Origin: Porphyridium purpureum
Taxonomy: Eukaryota
Assembly: GCA_008690995.1 (NCBI GenBank)
Contig: VRMN01000017.1
Span: 62,001 to 126,000 of the forward strand
DNA: 64,000 nucleotides
Direction: 5' to 3'
In this document: positions 56,175-64,000 of the stretch, piece by piece
Position numbering within the stretch: the stretch's first letter is position 1
Layout: each line of letters opens with the position of its first letter
Notes under the pieces: generated by a model
Seen by the model: the letters and a program-made list of their open reading frames with translations, nothing else
Told to the model about the DNA's origin: nothing
Databases searched by the model: none
Position numbers and translations under genes: made by a program

Positions 56175-57734
56175 TTACAGCTGCCCGTCCGACTCTGTGC
56201 CGGAGGCTGGAGTGGAACGACTAGGACTGGGCTGCCGGATGCTCGAGCCAATGGCGTCTACAGCCGACTCGACGCGCCCGCCTTCAACGTCCGCAAAGCG
56301 AACAATGAAATCATGAAGCGCCGGGTTGGCGCACCAATGCATCGAGTGCGTGATGACAGGATCAAAGCCGCGCATGTGCTTGAAGTCGCCGCCACCGGCG
56401 CCAGGTTCCATGGTGCGCAAGCCATGCTCGATGACATATTCGATGGCGCGGTAATAGCACGTCTCAAAGTGCAGGTTGCGGATCTCCTCCAACGCGCCCC
56501 AGTAGCGCCCGTAGAAGCGCCCGCTCTTCACCAGGTTGAACGTGCCTGCCACGGGCGCGCCGCGCTGGTTGTAAGCTACGATAAAGGTGAGGTAAGGCCG
56601 GACGTGTTCGGCCTCGGATAGCAGCTGAAAGAAGCGCCGGCTCAGGTACTTTCGGCCCCAAATGAACATCTTGTCAATGGTGGTGCAGTAAATATCGTAC
56701 ATGGTGGCGTACATTTCTTTGGGGATTTCGTCGCCTCTGAGTACCCGGATAGTGATCTGCGCGTCCTCGTATACCGACTTGCGCTCGCGCTTCATCTGTA
56801 TGCGCTTCTTACTCTTGAAGCGTGCCAGATAGTCATCAAACGAGGTGTACTCGTTACCGTCGTGATTCTTGAAATGATACTGGACGCCACGGCGGTGCGC
56901 GAATCCCAATGCCGTGAGCGCTTCGACCTCGTCCTGTTCGCAAAAGTTCACGTGCACAGAGCTGGTTCGCACGCGCTGCGCCAGCTGCATCAGCGCACGA
57001 CCGGCGAGCGAAACGAGCCGCTCGCGTGCAGTGTGCGACAACCCTGGCGCTGTTAAGAAGCGCCGGCCACTCGCGGGCGTAAATGGTACGCCTACCAGCA
57101 TTTTCGGGTAGTAAGGGATTCCGTTGGCATACGCAATTTCCGCCCATTGCTGGTCAAAGACAAATTCGCCCATGCTGTCCATTTTGATATACACAGGTAC
57201 CACGGCCAGTAGCGCCTCACCTGCGCCGCCCCGCTCAACCTGTGCGCCTGAGCCTCCACTCCTTCTCACGAGAAGATGAGACGGAGTCCATCCTTTCCGG
57301 GTCGACGCACAGTCTGACTCTTCCATGCACCGCATCCAGTCATGCAACAGGAATGGCGAATCATCATCACACAAGAGTGCATCCCAGGCCGCCGCACCTA
57401 CTTTTTGAACGCCGTCCACGACTTCAAACTCCAACTCTGCCGCGTTCCACTCGTCGTCCGCGGCAGCGCTTGCCCTTGACGCTCCCCCCTGTGGACGATG
57501 CTGCTCATTGCCATCGTCCACACGCACCGCTGCATACCTGCATGTCTCGACGTGCCTCACTCGCGCGCTTCCTCTCTTCGTCGCACCACGCCCACTCCAC
57601 CACGTATTCTCCTTCTTCTGATTCTTCTCGCTGTCCCCAGCCAGCCCAGCCAGACAGATCACGTCGCGTCTCACGGTCGCCAATCCACCAAACACGCCCC
57701 ACGCGCGGGACACATTCACGCCAAATGCGTCCAT
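56175..57734 (-). CDS. FemAB-like GNAT protein (peptidoglycan biosynthesis/recognition family, DUF482)
   Basis: SPFLLHDW, SMGEFVFDQQWA, YYPKMLVGVPFTPASG, SSVHVNF, YGRYWG..LHFETCYY, EPGAGG..K..RGF. Start uncertain. Confidence 0.9.
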   Translation of the reverse strand: MDAFGVNVSRAWGVFGGLATVRRDVICLAGLAGDSEKNQKKENTWWSGRGATKRGSARVRHVETCRYAAVRVDDGNEQHRPQGGASRASAAADDEWNAAELEFEVVDGVQKVGAAAWDALLCDDDSPFLLHDWMRCMEESDCASTRKGWTPSHLLVRRSGGSGAQVERGGAGEALLAVVPVYIKMDSMGEFVFDQQWAEIAYANGIPYYPKMLVGVPFTPASGRRFLTAPGLSHTARERLVSLAGRALMQLAQRVRTSSVHVNFCEQDEVEALTALGFAHRRGVQYHFKNHDGNEYTSFDDYLARFKSKKRIQMKRERKSVYEDAQITIRVLRGDEIPKEMYATMYDIYCTTIDKMFIWGRKYLSRRFFQLLSEAEHVRPYLTFIVAYNQRGAPVAGTFNLVKSGRFYGRYWGALEEIRNLHFETCYYRAIEYVIEHGLRTMEPGAGGGDFKHMRGFDPVITHSMHWCANPALHDFIVRFADVEGGRVESAVDAIGSSIRQPSPSRSTPASGTESDGQL

Positions 57735-58216
57735 CCCGCAATATCCATCACCCCTCGTGACCAACTTGCTATGGCCGCCGCCGCCGCCGCCACCACCACC
57801 ACCTCCACACACAAACAACAGCTCACAGCTGCTCCTCATCCTTCCCCCTTCTCCCTCTCTCCTCTCCGCCTCTTCTCCTCCTCCTTCCCACCTTCCACGC
57901 GCGCGCGTTGCCCGCCAACGGACCTCCGCACTGTACACTACTAAACCACTTAATTCATCTTTTAAATACACATTTTATAACTGTAAACTCGTTAAATATC
58001 ATGCTAATTAATAGCTCCTACATCACTACCCGGTTGACACTGTCAGGTTTCTAGTAAAACTGGTTATGTTTATATAAACCGAACACAAAAAGACTGTACC
58101 AGAGGGTACTGCTTGGAGGTATTTTTTATTCCTCTTCTTTTTGGCGCCAAATAGTGGCGGATGTGCGCAGGGAGACGGAAGAAGAAGGGAGAAGGGACAA
58201 GCGGGAGCTATGAGAG

Positions 58217-59467
58217 ATGGGGCAGGAAAGAGAAGAGGAGGATGGATATGATGAGCTGGAAAAGCTGGTGCAAAGGCAGAACAAGCGCGCGAGAAAAGGG
58301 TTACAGCAGCATGCACAGAAAAGGCGCGGGCGCGGTGGGCGCGCGGCATTTGATCAAAGCCGAACAGCGGGGATTGCACAGCGCTCGGCTGATGGGAAGA
58401 GTCAGCCCAGACAATCGGCTTTGGCGTCGGCGTCGAGTTTGGTGTGTGATGGTAATGATCATGGTGACCTACGTCCCCGAACGCAGCCACAGAACGTGTT
58501 TCATTCTCGGAGGACTGCGGAAGCTCAGCGCACGATCCCTGCGCAGCTTGCACGAGTCGCAGGTGTGGCCGCGCCTCGACCGCAGGACAAGCGCCTTGAG
58601 CAGATGGATATGGTGGAGGGCGCGGCACGCATGCAACATGATTCACTGCGGCGGGGCATTATTCTCGATTTTGATGCGCTCGTACGGGATTCGAACGCCA
58701 GGAATATGGATGCGTTTGCTGACCTGTGCCGCCAGTTCGAACCGTTTACGCGCCTGAGCGAACGATGCTGCAGCGACAATGATGACAAGAGCAACAATGG
58801 CGTCCTGGTACAATGGTTGGCAGAAACAATAGGAGGTCTGAGTGACGAGAATGCGATACAGACGCTCTTTCATCACGCGGCGGGCTCGGATGGAAAAACG
58901 CATTCGTCAGAGGATGTGGACGCGGCCATGGAAGTCTTGGAAGGCTGCTTCCCCGCGCTGAGTCCCGAGCTGCATCTGGAATCGAGTACTGTGCAGGCCA
59001 TGCAGGACATCTCACGCAGGGGCGCGGGAATAACGAAGATTCTTCTCTTGCACCGCGGCTCGCGCGTGCGTTTCCAGCGTGAGCTCAAGCAGCTCGAGCT
59101 GTCCTCCACTTTTCTGGGTCGCGATCGCGGGACGTTTGACTATTCGAGCAGCCCGCCGTACGTCGATGTTGTTCAGGAAATGGCCGCACGCATCAAGACA
59201 CCGCTTTCCCATTGCGTTGTCGTCGCCACATGCACGTCTTTTTCCTCAGCGCCACATCTCATCAAGGCCGGCCAGCTCTGCGGTTCGCGTACGATCATGC
59301 TGACCCAAGAAGCCGCAAACGTGCCGCGTGACGTGCCTAGGATGCGTCTTCGAGATCTGCAATGCAAAAGCTTGACCGATTTTGACGCTGCTGGTTGGGT
59401 CCAGGCCAGTCTGGTGACAGACGAGCAAGGTGGGCCAGATGCTGTGTTGACGAATCAAGTGCTCTGA
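58217..59467 (+). CDS. Hypothetical protein with degenerate HAD-like domain
   Basis: 416 aa ORF; IILDFDALVRD resembles HAD motif I and HCVVVA..LIKAGQLCGSRTI resembles the C-terminal HAD motifs without catalytic Asp. Confidence 0.5.
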   Translation: MGQEREEEDGYDELEKLVQRQNKRARKGLQQHAQKRRGRGGRAAFDQSRTAGIAQRSADGKSQPRQSALASASSLVCDGNDHGDLRPRTQPQNVFHSRRTAEAQRTIPAQLARVAGVAAPRPQDKRLEQMDMVEGAARMQHDSLRRGIILDFDALVRDSNARNMDAFADLCRQFEPFTRLSERCCSDNDDKSNNGVLVQWLAETIGGLSDENAIQTLFHHAAGSDGKTHSSEDVDAAMEVLEGCFPALSPELHLESSTVQAMQDISRRGAGITKILLLHRGSRVRFQRELKQLELSSTFLGRDRGTFDYSSSPPYVDVVQEMAARIKTPLSHCVVVATCTSFSSAPHLIKAGQLCGSRTIMLTQEAANVPRDVPRMRLRDLQCKSLTDFDAAGWVQASLVTDEQGGPDAVLTNQVL

Positions 59468-59620
59468 TCCTCACCACGCGACGATCATGGATACTGTTTG
59501 GCGCGATCGCTTTCGCTTTATTGTTGCTCGTTTCTTGGGTTATGGCCATCTTGTGATTCTACGGATAAGATCAAGATCACCCTCAGACGAATACGGAGCA
59601 TCAATTGCCCGCGTATGCGG

Positions 59621-62600
59621 CTACGGGAATGCCAGGCGCGATTTGATAAAAAGCGCATCAATGCTTTCGGTGAACGCATATGCAGGGTCCTTTGCACCGA
59701 GCACAAGCTCGAAAGCATCCGCCGTGTTAGCATCTGCGGCTTCGCTTTTCACACCCATGTTGTGCAAAAATTGCGCCTTACCAAATACAAGCCTGCCACT
59801 TATCACGCGAACGCGCGCGCGCTGTATTTGCGGAGACTCGGTTGTGGCATATACGTCGTGCATGCTCAGTTCGCATGCCAGCGTGATTGCAAGTTTTGTG
59901 TGGTACGAGAGCGAACTCAGGTAGAGTTCTAGCTTCCATACAAGCGCGTCACCGCTCACGCCAACACTGAGTGAATTGGCTGAATGGACACCATACAGCT
60001 CTGCTGCTTCGCTTGCATTCGCGTGTGTTGTGCGACATAGACGCAGAAACCGTCGCGCCAGTGCCAGCTCGTGCCCGATTTGAGAGACTTGATGCTTTCT
60101 GGTAGGCAGCGCGGCGAAGCGTTCCTGCACTAGGTGTGCAACTGCGCGCGTCATGCTGCATCCCAAGTCCACTTCTGTCGCATGCACACTTCGCACTGCG
60201 CCATTCTCGTGCACAACAGAGATCCTCAGCGCCGACTCGAGCACGAGTGTCACAAGATTGGGTTCAACAGCTTCGAGAGAAAGACCTGAAAGGCGTTGAA
60301 GCATGAGAATTGTTTCTTCCATGCGGTCAATGGCGGCACGGCGCTCTTCATCCGAAATTGTCATCTTCCGCAGCTCCTCGGCGCGGTTTGCGAGGTCGGT
60401 GATCTGCTTTTCACGGGAGTTCAAGTCGGCCAAAGCGACTATTCGTGCGCTGTCTGAGCACGCTTTCTTTGCAAGCTCCGTCTCCAGAGCCTGGACGGAT
60501 GTCAGGATGTCGTCTTGCGCGCCTTGCGCAAGCTCGAGCGTCTCTTCGCCTGCAACTGGCTTGAGGTTATTTTCAAATTCAAAGTCGAGCGTGGCTTGCG
60601 CGGCGTGCAGCTGCTCGCGCTCCAGCTCCAGTTCAGCGTGCCGCGTTTTCAGGACATGAGTGTCCTGGTGCACTACGGAAGACATCTGCGCGAACCCGTC
60701 CTGCCGCTTTTGCTCCAAACCTTGACGCCACTGGTGCCAGGCGTGCTTTGCTTGATGTCTGCAAAAGTTCTTCAGCCTTCGTAGCGTCACCTGCATGCTC
60801 GTGAGTGCGTCATTGTCGCTGCTCACCTGGTTCATCTGCAGAGCGCGTGCGAACAGCGGATTTTGCGACCGCTCAAACGCATCCACCTGCTGGCGGATGC
60901 GTCCTTCCAATTCACCAATTTTGGCCTCAAGCTCGCCGCACGCGTGGTCCAAGTGGGTGCTATCCGGTGAAACAACCAAACAAGCGTCGAGCGTTCGCAG
61001 CAGCGCAGACGATGAGCGCCCATCTTGAGCACCAGTCGCCATGAGGTCCGCCTCCATGTTGGCACCGAACGACGAATCGCGGTTCCGAGTGGAAACGTTA
61101 TCCAGGAAGCGTACGTTGGCCACCTCAAGAAACACATCAAAGTCTAGCACCCGCGCAGAAGCTTTGCCTTCCGAGGATCGCGCGGGTGATGCGGCCAAAT
61201 CGACGACCGCTGCGCCTGTGGCAAAAGATGCTGCATCTGCCTCAGGTGACTTGGTTGATGGCGCTACGTTTGTATTTGGTAGAGCTTGGATCATGTCGTC
61301 CGCTACGACAGGAGCCACTCGAAGTGATGCAAGTTCGTCCATAGCGCCCCCAAGCCTCGAAGGGACTGGTTTGGCAACATGACCACCTTGTCTTTCAGGC
61401 TCGCTGTCATTCTGATTCAGGCTGCCTAGGTCACCAAGCACATTCACAGCGTGTGCATCCAGAGGCGCGGTCGTTGCAGCCGAAGACATGCGACGCATGT
61501 TTGCCATAATGGACTTGCGGCGGTCGCTGCGTACGGCAGCCATGTGCGTGGTTTCTTTGCGCGTCTCGCCTTGTTCCACGGGGAGAGCAGACTCGACATG
61601 TGTTTGTTCGCCGGCTCCGGTTTCAGGTTCGCTTGCCACACTCACCTTTGCGATCGGTGACAGTTCGCACGTGGCTGACGCGTCTTGCATCAGCATTGCC
61701 AATGATGGCATCGACCCTGTGATATCTGAACGCCGCGCCGCTGGCCGTGACTTGGGCTCTTCACTGTGAGACGCAGTATCATTTTCATTCGCTTGTGCTG
61801 CAGCCACGGATGCGGTTGCGCTTTCAGTTCCAATCTCAGACCCCGCATGCAGCGTCACGGTAATGTCCTCGTCGTCCGCAAGCGCGCTCAGATTAGGAAG
61901 CGCGGCCGTGATGTCACCATTGTAGTGAAGATCATCTTCTGTTGGCTCGCTGCCAAACACCTGCCCATACATTCGGTCAAACGAGTCCGGTGAGTCTGAG
62001 TCTTCAATGTTCTTCTCGGTACTGCCATGCTCAGGCGCGCGTTCATGCTCGAGCTCGTGCTCGTATTCATCCTCTTCCTCGTTTTCAACCAGCTTGGACA
62101 GCGATGGAAGAGACAAGGTGATATCTCCTGGCGATGCCAGACCTTCGCATGCTTCTCCCAGCTCAGGATGACCCGTTCTGGACCCCATGGGGCCTTCCGC
62201 AAGCCGGGCGCGAAAGTCGTACGTCATCTCGATGACGCCCGTGTGCTCATTTTGCAAGTGCTGCTGCGCGTTCCGCTGCTTGTCTGCACCAAGAGACAAG
62301 CGCACGGTCTCGGTGGCATCTGCATCCGCCGCGTGAAATGCTCCATTGCCACGTGGAACGACTGCTCGCTGCACATCTTCGTCAACAAAGAGCAGTGGAA
62401 GCCCACCTGTAAAGGTGACGGTGTCCTCGTCCTCTTGCACGACAGGCGGCGACGCGGCACGGAGCGGCAAAACATGCGCCGGCGCATACGCTGGATCGTC
62501 GCTGTACACCTTGATCTGCTGGCCGCCAAACGAAACGCGGCGCTTATTTCCGCCGGCTGCGCCCATCGACTGCCGCCGCTTCAAGATTGGCGTGTGGCTT

Positions 62601-62899
62601 GTGGCCCCTGGCAAGGTGAGGGTCATTGTCACATTATCGCGCGCCGCCGCCCTTGCCCTGGCTCCCTGCTGCTGCTGCTGCTGCTGCTGCATCAACGCGA
62701 CCTTGGTCGCGCTCATCGCGCCCACGGCGTTCTCGGCGCCTCCGAGCGCGGCAACCTTCGTCGGAGTCCCCGCACTCACGTTTGCCTGCACTTCTCTCAA
62801 CGCCGCGCGAGTCCGCTTGGACGGCGTCACGTCCAAATTCGCCGCCTTGGCGGGCACCATTCCGCCATCTTCACGCTCGTCGCGCAGCTCGACCTCCAT
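59621..62899 (-). CDS. KNL1: Kinetochore scaffold KNL1/Spc105/Spc7
   Basis: PILK and KRRVSF PP1-docking motifs, acidic MELT-position repeats (DIT..LP.L), RRKS motif, LDFDVFLEVANVRFLD, WHQWR, coiled coil and RWD-like C-terminus. Confidence 0.85.
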   Translation of the reverse strand: MEVELRDEREDGGMVPAKAANLDVTPSKRTRAALREVQANVSAGTPTKVAALGGAENAVGAMSATKVALMQQQQQQQQGARARAAARDNVTMTLTLPGATSHTPILKRRQSMGAAGGNKRRVSFGGQQIKVYSDDPAYAPAHVLPLRAASPPVVQEDEDTVTFTGGLPLLFVDEDVQRAVVPRGNGAFHAADADATETVRLSLGADKQRNAQQHLQNEHTGVIEMTYDFRARLAEGPMGSRTGHPELGEACEGLASPGDITLSLPSLSKLVENEEEDEYEHELEHERAPEHGSTEKNIEDSDSPDSFDRMYGQVFGSEPTEDDLHYNGDITAALPNLSALADDEDITVTLHAGSEIGTESATASVAAAQANENDTASHSEEPKSRPAARRSDITGSMPSLAMLMQDASATCELSPIAKVSVASEPETGAGEQTHVESALPVEQGETRKETTHMAAVRSDRRKSIMANMRRMSSAATTAPLDAHAVNVLGDLGSLNQNDSEPERQGGHVAKPVPSRLGGAMDELASLRVAPVVADDMIQALPNTNVAPSTKSPEADAASFATGAAVVDLAASPARSSEGKASARVLDFDVFLEVANVRFLDNVSTRNRDSSFGANMEADLMATGAQDGRSSSALLRTLDACLVVSPDSTHLDHACGELEAKIGELEGRIRQQVDAFERSQNPLFARALQMNQVSSDNDALTSMQVTLRRLKNFCRHQAKHAWHQWRQGLEQKRQDGFAQMSSVVHQDTHVLKTRHAELELEREQLHAAQATLDFEFENNLKPVAGEETLELAQGAQDDILTSVQALETELAKKACSDSARIVALADLNSREKQITDLANRAEELRKMTISDEERRAAIDRMEETILMLQRLSGLSLEAVEPNLVTLVLESALRISVVHENGAVRSVHATEVDLGCSMTRAVAHLVQERFAALPTRKHQVSQIGHELALARRFLRLCRTTHANASEAAELYGVHSANSLSVGVSGDALVWKLELYLSSLSYHTKLAITLACELSMHDVYATTESPQIQRARVRVISGRLVFGKAQFLHNMGVKSEAADANTADAFELVLGAKDPAYAFTESIDALFIKSRLAFP

Positions 62900-62959
62900 C
62901 TCTACGCCGCGCAGCGTCTCTTACCATTCAACAGCAACCCTTCAAGCTCTCCCTCCAGG

Positions 62960-62990
<31 letters not shown>

Positions 62991-63521
62991 TTCAGCCCTT
63001 GACCTGCTCGCGCCGCAAACCTGCACATGCGTAACGGCACCCACCCCACTCCCGCCTTCTTTCACCTACTGAAACGCCTGTTTTCTGCTTACGATTCAAA
63101 TTTTCAAAAAGAGGAGAAAAGATCTGACGTAATTTTGAACGCTGGCCGCGAGTGCGACACGCAGAGCGCGGAGAGAAAGAGAGAGAGAGAAGAGAGAGAG
63201 AGGAAGGTTTGCGGCTGCTGTCTTGAGCGCAACAGCATCGACGCCGTCTCGTTCGGCAGCGCTACGACGCGCGTCAAACCCGACAGACAGACAGACAGAC
63301 ACACGCACGCACGCATGGTCACACACCTTCAGTAAATACTGCACTCACGTGTGCGGATCAAAACCGCGCTCCAGCAGCGCCGCGACGGTCTTCCTCTTTA
63401 CCTTCTCTGTCTGTACTTCTCACCCGTACGCACGCACACGCGCTGGTCGATCGATCGCGATGCGCATTGTTGTTCAAACCCACGTTCTCAAAAGGACTTC
63501 TCGTCAGCCCAATTCCGTTCT

Positions 63522-63554
63522 GGTTCCGTATCGGTTCCGTATCGGTTCCGTATC
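63522..63554. repeat. 3 x 11-bp repeat GGTTCCGTATC
   Basis: Three exact tandem copies. Confidence 0.8.
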
Positions 63555-64000
63555 GGTTTGGATCAGCTCATGATCAAACAGCAGCTGCTACATAGAGAGA
63601 AGTACAGTGTTGGGACGGATAGAGTACAGTTGGGAAGACGCCAACCTTGGATATGTTGGAGATGCCGAGGGGTGTGGTGGTGGGGGTGGACCTTTTGCTT
63701 GCTTCACTTGGTGCTGTGTGTGTCAGTGCGGGTGTGTGGACCGTCGACGAGCTTGGTTGATCGCTCCACGACAATTCGTGCGCCCTTTCACTGTTTCGCT
63801 CTCTCACTCTCTCACTCCATACTCTTTGTCCACAAAGATCGGCACAAAGAGAGTCAGCGCGTTGAGTTTCACGGAACGGCGCCGGTTTGTTGCCGCGACT
63901 TGGCACGCGCTCGTGGTGGCAACCGACAGTGCGCGGTATGAGTAGCAGAGCATGTTGCGTGCGACTCGGATAATACACCCACACGCATAAACACGCATAC

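Overview
Compact, intron-poor eukaryotic genomic DNA. GTACGT donors, CTAAC branch points, plastid-type N-terminal extensions and gene content suggest a unicellular red alga such as Porphyridium (inference). About 21 host genes are present: ankyrin protein, RbfA-like, spliced RNF212/Zip3-like RING, SRP40/Nopp140, EFL1, DPM1, She9/Mdm33, RWP-RK factor, BACK-domain protein, bacterial-type GlnRS, YchJ/SEC-C, a small unknown protein, MATE, Sly1, TALE homeobox, C-terminal-only CAP, PSMD5-like, methyltransferase, two tandem SDRs, FemAB-like GNAT, HAD-like and KNL1/Spc105. There are two mobile-element islands. The main find is a decayed but nearly full-length Fanzor1 (eukaryotic TnpB-like RNA-guided nuclease) gene at about 2.9-6.2 kb. 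It is scattered over several frames and split by a 1.38 kb solo-LTR-like insert with a 5-bp target duplication whose removal rejoins the frame, and it is followed by a candidate omegaRNA region. The second island (17-25.4 kb) holds an intact DD34E Tc1 transposon with TIRs and a TA TSD beside a Ty1/copia relic. A 19x TAACGGC (MYB/MSA-site) array lies upstream of the TALE homeobox gene. All family assignments come from motif recognition by eye; no searches were run.
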